DNA of 62,832 nucleotides, filler included, from Bonamia ostreae (GCA_040357525.1; 43 parts of 43 records of this genome joined end to end with filler, not necessarily neighbours in it), one strand, 5' to 3'; shown: positions 13,324-27,397, numbered from the whole stretch's first letter. Program-made: numbers and translations. The notes: a model not told the origin generated them from the sequence alone.

Positions 13324-14638
13324 TTATAATGAATTTAAAAGTTTCCATCTTCGCCATATTTGGTTATCCGTTCTTCCTTCCATTTCTTTAGCGATCACAG
13401 ACCATTTTCCGGTCCCAAATCTTTTAACGAGTCGATTCAGTTTGTTATCTTCGAAAACGGTCCACCGACTTTTGTTTATCCTGTTGTCCAAGACATTGCA
13501 ATAACGCTCTCTGCACCTTTTTATTCGAAGGAAAAAACTTCATATCGGTTCTTTTCGGCACATGTTTCACGACATCTTTCCAATTGCCGTCCCCGTAAAT
13601 CCGTTTCGCCAATATTATTCTTATGTCTTCTTCCAAAGCGAAATTGCCTTTGTTGATGTTTGGATTAGTCGTTTTCTTCCATCTGTTCATGCACTGAAAT
13701 TCATTTTTCGATTCAATCAATTTTGCGACTTTAATAATTTTCAAAACTTTTGCACCAATTATTGCAACCAAAATGACAGACAAGTCTTTTTAACGCTTCG
13801 TTTTCCTGAGCAGTCCATTTATTTTCACTTCTTTTCTCTGTTTTGGAGATTCTGAGAAACCGTTTGAGGCAATCTATTGCCGTTCTTCCGTTGTTCTTTA
13901 ATATTTTTTTAATTTTGGAGAACCATTTTTTCCGCGACATTTTTAAAAATTTTGCAGTTTTTTGTTATTTCGATCAATCTGAGATCGTCTTTTTTGGTCC
14001 ATTTGGATTTGTTTATTAACGGACTGTCTATGTTGCGCCATTGTAATTCGCATTCCATTCCTGTGCGGTTTTCCAGCTATCAATATTTTAAAAACGTAAA
14101 TTTTTGCTAATCTCTCCCAATCAACGATATTTGTATCGGCAACGAATTCGTCTTCGTTTATTTGCTTAATCAACTCGATTGTGTTCTTAAATTCCGACCA
14201 AGATTTTTCAGTTTTGCCTGTTTTCTCGAGTCTGAAATGTTGTAGATGAAAATATTTTAAACTTTTGTTTTGCCTTTGTGATGAAATGTTGTCGTTTTAA
14301 GTTCAAAATCCCGTTAAAAATCTGCTGCCTTTCAATTTCAGAAACTTGTTGTTAGAATAAAAACATGGTGTAGCTGCTTGAACATGGCCAATTTTGTTTT
14401 TGAATTTTCCAACCAGTTTCTCTTCGTTGCTGCCGGGAGGTTCCTTAAAATATGAAGTAGCAAACGTTATTAAAATCATCGACGAAGAATGGCAGTTTGA
14501 AAGCGAATTTTTTTCTGTAATAGTCCTTTCGAATCGATATCGAAGATTTTTGGTTTTTCGTTTTATCCTAATCAATTAAAATATCAACGTTTTTCTGTTC
14601 GGATTTTCTGATAAGCTGGTCAATATAATTTATCCTTT
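13324..14638 (-). CDS. SNAPC4: SNAPC4/SNAP190-like multi-Myb protein (5' partial); introns 14077-14095, 13896-13923, 13729-13747, 13517-13538
   Basis: Spliced: DWERLAK...[20 protein letters not shown]...RTAIDCL...QCMNRW...PNINKG...RTDMKCRERY...[25 protein letters not shown], i.e. 4.5 Myb repeats, with an upstream [11 protein letters not shown]. Confidence 0.75.
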
Positions 14639-16713
14639 NNNNNNNNNNNNNNNNNNNNNNNNNNNNNNNNNNNNNNNNNNNNTTAATTAATTAANNNNNN
14701 NNNNNNNNNNNNNNNNNNNNNNNNNNNNNNNNNNNNNNAAGCATATGGTAGGTAAAGAGTTAAGCACATGTACGTTATGCAGCAAAACAGTCCTATCTAA
14801 AATTTCTTCAAATCAAATAGGTAAGATGCGTACAATATGCTCTTGTTAAAATACATTAGTTTTTTTCCTTATATCTCATGTCGTTTTCTTTTAAGCTTTA
14901 GTTAAATAGTTTCTTAGGAAAAAGCAAATAACGTCATGAGGTCAATGTATGTGAACGTCTTAGGAAGAAAGGAAACTACTTCAAGTGAAGGTAACGGAAG
15001 ATTGGTTATTACTTTGTTTTATAATCTTCCAAAAGTTATTGCTCATATTGAGACATCACCAGTAGTGGATAAAGTTCCACAAATTTAGTCGCATGTTTAG
15101 TGTTTACAGTCGTAGCTGTGATAGCAAGGTTTGATAACAATTTTCTTTTCAGTGGTGGACTTAAGGACCACAACCTTTCAGTTCCTGATTTACCTTTCAG
15201 AACACATGAGGTCCTCCAAATATATTCGTTTAAAAAAAACAAGACACTGTTTTCTCCATTGTATTTACATAACGTCTAATGACATTCTGTTTGATTTATA
15301 TTTTCAAATGCTACTACTGGTGGCAAAGTTGAGACCATAGTGTAGTCATTAATTTTAGACCACCAAAATATATATTTCTATTCCCAGTACTTAGTGGAAA
15401 AATAGAACAGCTATAGTAGTCAGACAGGGAAACTATTTTTAATTCTTTTCTTTCAAATAGAAAAATTCAATCAAAATGTTAAAGAAAAATTAAACTTAAT
15501 TATAAAAAATATAAAACTAAACATCATTTCATCTGTTGACCCATGTCTCAATGCCTGAGGTTTAATATGGATTTAGTCTGATCATCTTTACGTCAATGTT
15601 TAATTTACATTAATTCTAATACAGTGCAGATTCAGACCACTTTATCTGAAATTTTATCACCACCTTTTGAATATATCATGTACCAGGGTCTTATATGCAT
15701 ATGCAGTTTCGATTTGATGTGGCGTTTTTAGGGGAGAGTCTAGGATTTTAAGTGGGCTCAGGCTTGAGTAAGTGTATTGATAAATATATATACATAAGAA
15801 TTTGAGGATAAATTATGTTTATTTTGATTGATAAAAGTCTGACGACTAGGGAGGCACTCTGGTTTATTTATTTAGCAATTTTTTATTTGTCATAAAAGTG
15901 AAACCCGTTGTCTGTGTCATCACACCTAACATTGTGAATTCTCTTATATAAAGAAACTTTTAAAGAAAAATTTAGGTCAAAATACATACAGTTATCATTA
16001 TGAAACATAATAGATAAAAGACACAAAGTATCATTAATTTGTTGACTTTCAAAAAGGCTTACTCGTTGAAACATTCGATTGGGCTCGATATTCCCACAAG
16101 GTATTTCTNNNNNNNNNNNNNNNNNNNNNNNNNNNNNNNNNNNNNNNNNNNNTTAATTAATTAANNNNNNNNNNNNNNNNNNNNNNNNNNNNNNNNNNNN
16201 NNNNNNNNTTAATATAATTTGATATTATTTTATTATGGTAGTTTTTGTTATTGTAGTTTTTAGGATCAATTATTATTTATTGTCAAGATCAAAATCATAT
16301 TATTTTTCGTTTCACTTTTTCGTCAATTATCTTTAAATCGACATAGAAAGTCAATTTGTTTGTTTTTCGATTTCCAATTGCACTTTGAACTTGTCACCGC
16401 TTATAAGACTACTTCATTTCCTTTTCCGTTTCATTTGGGATTTTCAATTCTCTTCCTTCTTCTGTTCTTCTTAAAATGTGGTGGTTCAGACTTGATTATG
16501 AACAAAATGATCGTTGTTTTATAATTAAAATGAATTGTTGTTAATTTCAAAAGTACAACTTTATAATTAAATGTAACAAAAATTATGAAATTTCAAATTT
16601 AACGAAAATATAAGAATTTAGTACAAAGCACGCAAAACTACTGAAAACCATTAAACACAAAAACAATTTGTTTCTTTTATTAGCAATTCACAATACATTT
16701 TGTTAAGCAAAGC

Positions 16714-17412
16714 ATGTCCGATTTAAGCTTAAAACAAGTTTCAACACAAAATTTCAAAGTCAATAGATCTAATGAGACAAATTCGACTTTCGTTAAAGGA
16801 CACAAGCGAATTTGAAGAGATATCTGAGCGCTACTTGACGGCGCAAAAGATGTCTTATATCAACAGATATAAGCACTACGAAGTGCTAGAAAAAGCAATA
16901 AAAAGATTGCAAGACGAAAACAATCAATTGAAAAACAATCTCAATTCAAAGAAAATCAAAAAACCGTCAAATCAAAAAATCGATTTGCGCAAAGAAAAAA
17001 ACAATTTGATTGAAAATATCAAAAATCTAAAAACACAAGTAAAAATTTACAAAATATCGCAAATTAGATTGAAAACCAAAAATTAACGTTATCAGAATAT
17101 GAGCAAAAAACTGCCGAAATCGATAGCGAAACCAAAAAATTTAAAAATTACATTAACAAAAATGTGCCCACTTCAATGTTTTTAATATTAAAATTTTGTT
17201 GCAAAAACCAAAATTTACAAACTGATTTTTTTTGTTAAAAATATAGAAACAAACTGAATCTATACGACAACATTGCAAACATAAAATTAGTTGAAATGAA
17301 TAATGACAAACATATTCATATTATAGAGAAAAATGGTTCAACCAACTCAAAAATTTTATTCGATGAAAGTGGATTTGAAATTACGCAAAAACTCTGGAAC
17401 GAGATTGAATAA
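16714..17412 (+). CDS. SPC24: Spc24-like Ndc80 kinetochore subunit; introns 16738-16759, 17039-17067, 17178-17246
   Basis: Coiled coil followed by VPTSINKLNLYDNIANI...SGFEITQKLWNEIE*, like the Spc24 C-terminal RWD-like domain. Confidence 0.65.
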
Positions 17413-19667
17413 ATTAAAATTTTTTCATTTTCTGATTTTAAAATTATTAAAATGGTTCGTTTTTTAAAAAATAATATCGTTTTTTTTTTAACGGCTGGAC
17501 AAAAGCAATGTTCGTTTTTTTCTGTCATTTGCTGTTTGATAAATCTATTTGAAAAAATGAGAAATAAAATATTCAGTANNNNNNNNNNNNNNNNNNNNNN
17601 NNNNNNNNNNNNNNNNNNNNNNTTAATTAATTAANNNNNNNNNNNNNNNNNNNNNNNNNNNNNNNNNNNNNNNNNNNNAGAACAAGCCTATAGCAAAACA
17701 AATCACCAGTACACTCTAGTATCCATTGATCCTTCTACATCAAGCAAAATAAAATATGTCTTCAATTAGAATAGTAAACAGAGAAGGTACTCTCTTCCCA
17801 GGGAATTTTAATTCATGGGGAAATTAAACTAATGAACAGTGATCTATCCCCGGAATTTTAATCGAAAATAAAGGCGTTGCATTCAATTGAAAGATAAAGA
17901 ATGTTGAAATTCAAGTCTTTTTGTCCCTCAGATATGCATAAATGAAATGGAATTCGACTTTTTTTTACAATGTCATTAAGGTTTCGAATGCTTGTTGTCC
18001 AATCTTTAATGACATCGTGAAGAAAGCAAACGTATTTGCCTTTTAACCAAAGTGTGAAAACAATTTCTTTATTGGCAACACTTAGTATTATTAAATATTG
18101 TTCGATCACATCGAATATTTCGCGCGTTAGCATGAAATAGATTAAACATATGATTCAATCTTGACTGAGTAGTTCTGCCAAAAAGAGTCTAAAAAGTCAC
18201 ACGAAATGCTGGCTCTAGCACCTAAATCGTAAATGAATTTGAAATAAATCTGCCAACTTTGTTTTCAATGGTTACTTGCAATCTATGTTGAAGTCATTTG
18301 AACGTAACATGATTCAGATTAGAGATTTAACACTTACAGACGTGGTAAAGTAACTATGAACGGAGCGATATTTAAGTGCAAAATTGGTAGCTCCCCTCTA
18401 TAAAAAGTTATCTCTACAAACAAAATTTATGCTAACAAAGTAAAGCACTGTAATGGTCACCCGAGTTATATAAAGTTGAAAAAGGACTCTTCACAAGGTA
18501 GGTGTCTATTATTGAGACGACATTAAGAGCATTTCACTACCTGAGATATCCCCATTATAGCATCGCATGATCGTACATGTATTAGCCACGTCACCCAATA
18601 TTTCAAAGCCCTTGCAATTAATATCGTCATTACATTGAAATATAAAGGATTAATATAATTTAAGTATGAACAAATGCAATTGAAAAATGACAGAGGATGA
18701 TAAAAATGACTAGTATCGTCAATCTTTGACAACAATTGCCGAACACCGTTAAATTTAAATGTTGTTGTTGTTTTTTTTTTTACAAATACAGATTGTTTAT
18801 AATAGCGAGTGTGTACCTTCCTTCTGCATGATTCGCAGAAATATATATTTCTTTTCACCCGCTGTGAGACGTTTCTTTCGACGGCTTGATATAGAAATAT
18901 CAGCGAATGATCCTCATACTATGTGTGCGCCAAGTCGATGTTCGTAGATGAGTGACATTTAAATCAAAATCTATGTTCACTGTAGGGACGAGTCAATGTT
19001 CCCAATTGATATCTAACTTACTGTACCGCATGCGATATGGCAAATNNNNNNNNNNNNNNNNNNNNNNNNNNNNNNNNNNNNNNNNNNNNTTAATTAATTA
19101 ANNNNNNNNNNNNNNNNNNNNNNNNNNNNNNNNNNNNNNNNNNNNATTTTTTTTAACTTTTTTACGTTGTTTTGGGAACATTTCAACTTTTTCAAAGCTG
19201 CTATTTCTACTGATTTGTTTTCGAAGTTTATTACGTAGTTTTGTCTCTATTTTAATTTTTTTCGTTCCACCATTAATTTTTGAAACGTTTCCGTTTTTAT
19301 CGGAACAAAAGTTTATGTTTTTTTTACTAGACATATTTTTGTTGGAAATGTTCTTTAATACTTTTTAGATAAATTTTTGAAAATTTTTAAATGTTGTCAA
19401 AAAATTTTATAAACGTTTGTCGTTTGTTTTATTGCAAAACTCAATAAAATTAAAGGTTTTTTAAAAGACTATTATAATGCCTTTTATCCAACTTTTTCCA
19501 AATAAAAAAGTAACAGTTGATTTGATTTTACTTAAAGAAAAATAAATTTTAAGGTCATAAAAAGGGGGAATTAATGTTTATTAATAATGCTGTTTAATCA
19601 ATTTTTATAATTTTTATTTTAAATATTAAAAATTTTGATATTTGATATCCGATTTATTGCGATCACT

Positions 19668-20252
19668 TCAAAATTGACACATGTTCCTTCCAAGCAAATG
19701 ATTGATTCCCCAATGTACCGGAACCGAAATTTTGTTCTTCAACGAAAACTGTTTCGACAAATAAACGGAATTCCTTTTTCGCAAATTTATTTAAAAAACC
19801 AGAAAAGCCATCCTGAAATTCCCGAAAAACTGCCATATTTTGTGTCAACAAGTGCGTCCTTTCCACCAATATAGGCCATTGTTCCTTTGTGAACATATTT
19901 GAACGGCTCAAAATCTTTTCTATTCTTCATTTTGTTCATCTCTTTGCATAACCAATAAGCTCTAAATTTTATGTTTGTTAAAAAATCAACTGTTGTTGAG
20001 CGACTTGAGCGGTCGGCGGAAGCGGAGAATTCGGATTGACTAATTTAAATAAATGACGAGTCAGTTAAAAAAAACAGGCGCAATCGCCGAGAGCGAAAAT
20101 GTTGGTGTAAGATTTTCCGTCTTTGCTCATAACGTCTAAATTTTAAAGGATTAACTGTTTTTGTCGTTGATCATAAGACTTTTATTTCGCTCGTTTTTCT
20201 TAAAATCGAGTTTTTCGATAAAAGGAATCATTTTATTCCCAGTGCTCCAAAC
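19668..20252 (-). CDS. Type II (alternative) NADH:quinone oxidoreductase, C-terminal part; introns 20136-20155, 20040-20075, 19962-19990, 19774-19799
   Basis: Not recovered by the ORF track. Spliced: VWSTGN..PF...NIFALGDCA...LPPTAQVAQQQ...PFKYVHKGTMAYIGG...GWLFWNSVYLSKQFSLKNK...W...LGRN. Confidence 0.92.
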
Positions 20253-20993
20253 CTAATTTTATAATTTTCGCCATTACGAAAAACTTTTACCGCAAAATTT
20301 TTCGTGTTAAATTATTTGCGTCTAAAAACTTACAACAAACTTTGTACAACATTTGAAAACACAATTTTTACTTAACGCCATTTTTCCAAAACACAATTTT
20401 TATCAAAACTGCAAAAAGACAATAATATCGGAACTCACTAAATCGTTACAAAAAGATAATCCGAAGAATAGAAAAGCTGTTAAAGATGGTGATAATGTTT
20501 AACAACAAAATANNNNNNNNNNNNNNNNNNNNNNNNNNNNNNNNNNNNNNNNNNNNTTAATTAATTAANNNNNNNNNNNNNNNNNNNNNNNNNNNNNNNN
20601 NNNNNNNNNNNNAATTCCAGTTTCGATATCTGTTCTTGAAAAGTTTTAAAATTTTTAGTTAATTATTTTTCCAAAAAAGCGATTTGCTGATAATCGATTC
20701 CGACAAAAAAGAAGAAAAGTGCGCAAAAACATTATTAAATTTTGTCTTTAAAAATGGAAAAAAATTTAAGTTAAGTGGATTTTTTGTCGGAGGACAATCA
20801 ATACAAAAATCGATTTTAGACGAAGCAAAATTGTTTGCACTTAAAACGGCTCAAAATCATAAATAAATTCATCAATTTTTAATGTCTTCAACTTTTTATT
20901 TTCCATCAAATTAATTTTTGGCTAATTACAAATAACAGAAATTTTGCATATAATTAAAATTGACACGTAAACAAAAGTTTAGACATTGACAAA

Positions 20994-21970
20994 ATGGACT
21001 CCAACGCTAAACCTTTTTTGTTTTATGGCTACGATTTGTCAAAATGGAAAAAATCGTCCATTTTGTTGTTTCTGGCAATCGCTCACATAACTTGCGCTAT
21101 AATGTTCGGTCTTCTCCAAGAAAGAGTTTTTATTCTTTTGAATCGACATTTTTAATAAAAGCTTTTAAAAATTATATCGAATTAGTTTAAAACAGTTGAT
21201 AAAGCGTTCAAAACATTTAATCCAAAATGACGCTATTATTTACTCATTTTTTTACTTATATTTTTTAAACATTTAATCCGAAATAACAATATTTTACACA
21301 CCATTTTAAAGCTTTAAAATTATTTATATGAAATCCGTTTAAACTATTCCACGAAAGTTTCAAAAATTGTACAAACGCTTTCGTTATTTATATTGCCAAT
21401 TTATCAATATTGTAATTTGACGTATCAACATATTTATCAATATTGCTAAATTTAAATTTAGCAAAACTTAAAAGGTGTTTAGAATTCCAGGCTTCAAATT
21501 CGGGGGCTACATGACTATTGTCACAAGCGCTACTTATGTTGTTTGTGGAGCTTTAGAAATGTGGTTATCCGGACAATTTAAATTTAGCGGGGGATTGCTA
21601 AATTATGGGATTTTAGCATTGACCACATTTTCGGGAATGTACTTCACTAATTGGTCACTGGAATTCATTTCGTTTCCGGCGCGGATTATTTTCAAGTCGA
21701 GCAAAGTTTTGTTTTTGACAAAATCAAAATTGCAAAATTTTAACAAAAAAGCTAATTCCAGTTATGCTCGTTTCTTCGATTTTGGGGAAAAAGTTGACAA
21801 CAAAAGAATTTTTAAATAATTGTGCGCTTGTCTTCGGACTTGTTTTATTTGTTCTCGGCGATTCGAAATCTTATTCAAAAGAGTCTTCGCTTTTCGGGAT
21901 TTTTTTAATTTCGATTGGCATTTTCTCGGATGCGGTAACTTGTAATGTCGAAGAACATATTTTTCTAAAA
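20994..21970 (+). CDS. UAA-family nucleotide-sugar/PAPS transporter (SLC35B-like), partial; introns 21126-21474, 21706-21751
   Basis: FGLLQE..F...GF...YMT...TNWSLEFISFPARIIFKSSKLIPVM...SDAV..NVEE. Confidence 0.85.
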
Positions 21971-22078
21971 GTTTAATANNNNNNNNNNNNNNNNNNNNNN
22001 NNNNNNNNNNNNNNNNNNNNNNTTAATTAATTAANNNNNNNNNNNNNNNNNNNNNNNNNNNNNNNNNNNNNNNNNNNN

Positions 22079-22324
22079 AATTTTTTACAACTTTAAAATT
22101 TGATTTCAAAGATTTGTCATTTTGTCCCGTCTTTAAAGATTTGTTAAATTTGTTATTTCTTCCAGAACAATTTGATTTAACGAAAACTTTACAGAAAACA
22201 ACAATTTTAATTGAATGTTGATTTTTTACCAATTTTTTACAACTTTAAAATTTGATTTCAAAGATTTGTCATTTTGTCCCGTCTTCAAAGATTTGTTAAA
22301 TTTGTTATTTCTCCCAGAGCAATT
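22079..22324. repeat. Direct duplication of about 94 nt (22079-22172 and 22231-22324)
   Basis: Two near-identical copies offset by 152 nt. Confidence 0.85.
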
Positions 22325-22477
22325 TATTTTGTCTAACAATAATTGCTTTTTATTTTTGACTCGGTGCTGCCGTTTCCAATTTATTTTAACGGTCGGTCGC
22401 CCAACGCCAAACCAAAAAATATTTTGCTGACGCCGACGATATATTACAAACACATTACATTTTAAAAATCCCCTTTT

Positions 22478-23385
22478 TTAAGTACTCATTTCTCTTAAAG
22501 CCCGCCGAAATCTCAATTCGACCGCATTCACATAATTTCTGTAAATCCTCATTCTCTGAGCCAGCGGCATCTGAGACTGTTCGGAAACGGGCGGTCTGAA
22601 CCTCATGCGACTCGCCGCTTCCCCGAAGCGCGACATGAACAGTCTCCGGATGCGATTGCATTGCAATCTGGTCAAAGCGTTAAAACGGTTAACGCGGATC
22701 TGCTCGCGCTGCTGAGCACTAACGACCAAGTTCCTTAAGTTCGGCGGGCAGAAAGTCGAAACGGAAATGACGGATTGCGAGTAACTTTGGTCTATGCGCA
22801 AAGCACTGTTGGCGTTTCTCCGTCGTCTCGTGCGATTGCCGTTTCTTCTGACTTCACGCGCGGCCCTTCTTTCGCGCTTTCTGGTGCAGATTCGGCAGTA
22901 CCAGTCGCCGTCAGGGATTTCTACCAGCGCGGGCGTCATGCAGTAAGTGTGGTAGCCTCGCTGCGTCAAAAGTAAATTTATTTGTAAATGCAAACATCGC
23001 AATCGTCGCACAGAAGTAATTTGTCTTCGTCGTGGCCCTCTTTGAATTTGATGAAAAGTACCTTTGCAGATACGACACAAAGTCTCGATGTCAAAATTTT
23101 GGGTGTTAATGGGGCGAAACGGGTTTTTGGTGTTTTTTACTTTGACCGATCTTTTGTTCGGTTGTGTGATCTCGCCGAATGTCTGTTTGCAGAGAGGACA
23201 AGTGTTGTTGATCTATCCAAGTTGTTATGGCTTAAAACAGTGCTCCATAATTTGATGCAGTTGTAGTGGTAATTGTGTCTGCAGCCGTTTAATGAAGCTT
23301 TGTTTTTTTCGATGTCGTCTAAGCAAATTGAACATACTGTTTTTTCTACATTTTTTAGATTTACTTCGTTTTGAGTTGAGCTCAT
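22478..23385 (-). CDS. RING plus PHD finger protein (PHRF1-like); introns 23213-23238, 23040-23061, 22961-22995; 3' end uncertain
   Basis: CSICL...CRHNYHYNCIKLWSTINNTCPLCK and [27 protein letters not shown]...IPDGDWYCRIC after splicing. Confidence 0.88.
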
Positions 23386-23689
23386 TTGTACAATAAAGTT
23401 TAAATTTTTCTCATATATAATAAAGTTTAATATTTAGTGATTTCNNNNNNNNNNNNNNNNNNNNNNNNNNNNNNNNNNNNNNNNNNNNTTAATTAATTAA
23501 NNNNNNNNNNNNNNNNNNNNNNNNNNNNNNNNNNNNNNNNNNNNTTTATATCAATTTTATTTTTCTAATTTAATTTCTCCTTTTGATACTTTGCAAAATT
23601 TTACTAAAGTTAGATTTTTCTATTTTTAAATTGAACTGTTTCATTTTTTGCAAAATTTCAAATCGCAAAAATAAAATTTCTAACTCGAA

Positions 23690-24425
23690 GGAATTCATAA
23701 ACAAAATTAACATCGAAAAAGAAATAACGACACTTCAGCGCCTGGGAATCGAAGACGGCGCCATCCTCGTCTTCCGAATAATGAACACTCTTCTCAAAAA
23801 GGGCGCCGCCGCCGATCTCACTCTGAGCCAAATCGCCCGCATCGCCTTGCGCCCCAACCGCAAAGACCCTTCTCGCCTAGAAACCGTCGTCATCACCGCC
23901 ATGGCCTCTTTCTATCTCTTCCAAAATTCTTTTCCGGCGCCAACGATCAACCGAACGAAAACGAAAAAATCGAGTTCTGGCAACAACAGCGAACCACAAA
24001 CGGCAAAATCGAGTTCCGACAACAACGCGAAAAGACCAACTTCGCGGTCGGTAGCTACGCCGGGGCCGATGAAACTGCCGGAAAATCTGGAAGGAGAAGA
24101 AGAAATAACAAAAAATAAAATGGCGAACTTAAAATCGACGCATTTTAAGCTCAAAAATGAGGGAAAGAGAGCGCGTCGAGCGTGTTCGTCGATGGATTTG
24201 AGATATTGGAAGAACTGCAACAACTGCTTTGCGACGCTGCGGGCGTTGTTTGTGCCGAGGCAGCGGGAATGGCGGATGAGTTCTGAAGTGGACATTCCGG
24301 AGAAGTTTGGAGAGCGCTTGTGGCTGTCGCGTTGCGCTCAATTGTCGAACGATTTTGACTTTTTGGGGCGAATTGAGAGTTTGTTGGATTTGGTTGTGAA
24401 GGCCGAGCGCAAAAAGAAGTTTTAG
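23690..24425 (+). CDS. Type II PI4-kinase (PI4K-gamma-like), C-terminal part
   Basis: FINKINIEKE...VFRIMNTLLKKGAAADLTLSQIA...R...PSRLE resembles the plant/protist PI4K-gamma kinase C-lobe. Confidence 0.65.
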
Positions 24426-24439
24426 TGTAAAATTATTGG

Positions 24440-24830
24440 CAATTTTTATTTTTATTATCGATTTTATATTTTTTTGACCAGTTTTGAACTATTTTTTATT
24501 ATCGATTTTCAATTTTTTTGATCAATTTTAAACTATGTTTTATCCATTTTTTTATTTTTTGCCAAATTTGTATTTTTTGACCAGTTTTGAAGTAGTTTTT
24601 TTATCGATTTTAAATTTTTTTTGAACAATTTTGAACTATTTTTTTTTTATCGATTTTCAATTTTTTGACCAATTTTAAACTATTTTTTTTATCGATTTTC
24701 AATTTTTTTGACCAATTTTAAACTATTTTTTATCCATTTTATTATTTTTTGGCCAAATTTATATTTTTGACCAATTTTGAACTATTTTTTTATATCGATT
24801 TTGGATATTTGACAATCTATTTTTTGATTG
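24440..24830. repeat. Degenerate ~41-42-nt tandem array with ~10-nt-phased T-tracts
   Basis: Repeated TTATCGATTTTCAATTTTTTGACCAATTTTAAACTATTTT units downstream of the PI4K stop. Confidence 0.88.
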
Positions 24831-25899
24831 ATTTTGCTGTTTTATTGAACAAATCATTTTAAAAATACTCAAATCGATTTAACTTCGATCCACTTTTCCT
24901 GCTCTAATAANNNNNNNNNNNNNNNNNNNNNNNNNNNNNNNNNNNNNNNNNNNNTTAATTAATTAANNNNNNNNNNNNNNNNNNNNNNNNNNNNNNNNNN
25001 NNNNNNNNNNCTTTGTTATGACAAAATCCATGTTTTTCCAACTCTCTTGTATTAATTAAATGAATTATGAGCTTGGTCACATTTCCTTATCTTCACCTTT
25101 TCATTTGTTTTCTTGTTGACATAGGGGCATAACGTTTTTCAAACACATCCTGTTTGTTAAGACAAATTGAGCGTTTCAATGAAAATACAAAGCAGAATAC
25201 TATCAATCACTGTTGACGATAAGAATATTCAAATAACATTAAAAGTGATTCATTTTTAAAAAGTAAATATTGTGCATGTTCTTGCGTATTCGGAAGTAAA
25301 GTAGCGAGTTTAGCTATTGACAAAATGAGATGAGGTACACACAATCTTGTTTTCGAAATTGCTTATTAATAACACACAAGTTAAACGACTAATTCTCGAT
25401 CAGTGAAGGCTTTACGTGCTAAAACGGAACTGAAAAAAATATTTGATCATAAGTAAAATTTATCTAGATACAAAGGAAAGGGGGATATGTATAATCAATG
25501 GATACAGAATATAATTCACATGCAAATGTTTGCTTGCAAAATGACATTTATCGATTACAGTGATTTTCATTTGTACATTAGATTATATGTACTTGTATAT
25601 TATAATGCATCATTAACGTATCGTCTACTGTGGAATTTAACGAAAGACAACGCTCACCTGAGTTACATCAACCCTGCTGTTGTTCAATGTTGTGATTTTT
25701 CAATCTGTATACCCATGAACATGTTTCAAATCAGATTATGACGAAACTTATCCCAAAAAAAAGGGTAATCAAATAACAGAACTAAAGTTCACACAACATT
25801 TCAATATGACTTATCATGAATCTGCTTTCTTTGACAAAGATATTTCCCAATGTTTTGACATGTGAAATTTTGATCCAATATTGTGGTGCCATCATACTT

Positions 25900-26376
25900 C
25901 CTTTTGCCACACTTTGAACGAATGCTACCTAGGGATGTTTGTGTATAATACATATAACCCAGTTGTTCTTAAGAAGAAGCTTCTTTTAAAGATTCCTCTC
26001 GCAAATCCACTGGTAAATCTTAAACCCTATTATGACCCCACCCTTCCCCAGGGGCAATGGTGTAAATGGACCTTAAGTCTATGTATGAAGGTTTTGTGTA
26101 TATATCAAATTTTCAGTAGTCTTCGAGAAGAGTGTTCATCTACATTCAAATGTGAAACTTTCACCCTTTAGTGTTGCCCAATACAAGGTCGAGGCGTCAT
26201 GATTCAGGGGTCATGGTTTGAAAAAAATCTACAATGTTCTGCATGTCATGAAGATTTCATGTGGATTTATGATTTTCTGGCCTTGTGGTTCTTGCGAATA
26301 CTGTAAAAGATTTTCCTCTATATCCCAACTTTAAACTTCAAACCTCTATTGTGACCCCACCCTACCCCTAGGGACC
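25900..26376. repeat. Oyster-type satellite/Helentron-associated repeat, degenerate
   Basis: Recurring TGACCCCACCCT..CCC.GGG and TTTTCTGGCC..GTGGTTCTTG motifs recognised from Ostreidae repeats. Confidence 0.5.
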
Positions 26377-26725
26377 NNNNNNNNNNNNNNNNNNNNNNNN
26401 NNNNNNNNNNNNNNNNNNNNTTAATTAATTAANNNNNNNNNNNNNNNNNNNNNNNNNNNNNNNNNNNNNNNNNNNNAAAAAGTTTTTCTGCGCTTGTATT
26501 CAAACCAGCGAGTTTTCGTTTAAGACAGTTTTCTTAGCTCACTACTTACAAAAGTTCATAGTGGATGTTTCAGTTATTTCGAATCCATCCAAAATGTTCA
26601 AAAAAAATTGCAATGCCGTAAAATTGTAGATTTCAAATACCAAATTTTATTAAAATCGACAAAAATGGGTCGCTGAAATATTTTTGAAAATTAAAATACA
26701 AATGCCAAAAATCAAAGATTATCTT

Positions 26726-27397
26726 TTAATATTCAATTTTGGATACGATACTTTCCTCAACTTTTGGCGCACAAAAGAGTTTATAAGAGCACAGCAGATT
26801 AAATATCATTTCCCAACACAACAAAAGACAAACAAAAACGAATCCGATGTCGTCCGAATCAACTGACCATATCCCTTCCAAAACAAGCGTCGCAATTATC
26901 GTCAAAACGACATTCCTGATATACGACAGAGTCAAGATACTTGTCGAAAACGAACAAAGGGATATCACGAAGATTAAAACGATAGAGACAGCCGCAAAGG
27001 TCTGAGCACAAAAAATGATGTTGCCGTTCAAAGCACCGTCGACAGTCCAAACAACAAAGACTGTCGCAAAAATTGCACAAATGATGGAATAAAATATTCT
27101 AAGACCAAACGGGTTTTTCATAAGAAAATAAATAAGAATACTCAAAACGTAAATGGCATTCAACGGATAAGCGATCGTAATTCTGATTTGGTAGTTCCAA
27201 ATAAAAAAGTTTAGTGAAGATAGAACTAATCCAGTGGCAGCGAGGATCAACAAACTCGTCAATTTGTAAAACAAATCAATTATTTCTGCTTTGTCGACTA
27301 AAATTTTCCCCTTCTTTCTTATTACGAAGAACATGATTGTGCAAGACAAAACACAAGAAAAGGACAGGATAATTATTGAGAGCGTCTGATAATCCAT
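26726..27397 (-). CDS. Uncharacterised polytopic membrane protein (about 7 hydrophobic segments), protist
   Basis: 223-aa hydrophobic ORF; may continue through a 3' intron. Confidence 0.6.
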   Translation of the reverse strand: MDYQTLSIIILSFSCVLSCTIMFFVIRKKGKILVDKAEIIDLFYKLTSLLILAATGLVLSSLNFFIWNYQIRITIAYPLNAIYVLSILIYFLMKNPFGLRIFYSIICAIFATVFVVWTVDGALNGNIIFCAQTFAAVSIVLIFVISLCSFSTSILTLSYIRNVVLTIIATLVLEGIWSVDSDDIGFVFVCLLLCWEMIFNLLCSYKLFCAPKVEESIVSKIEY

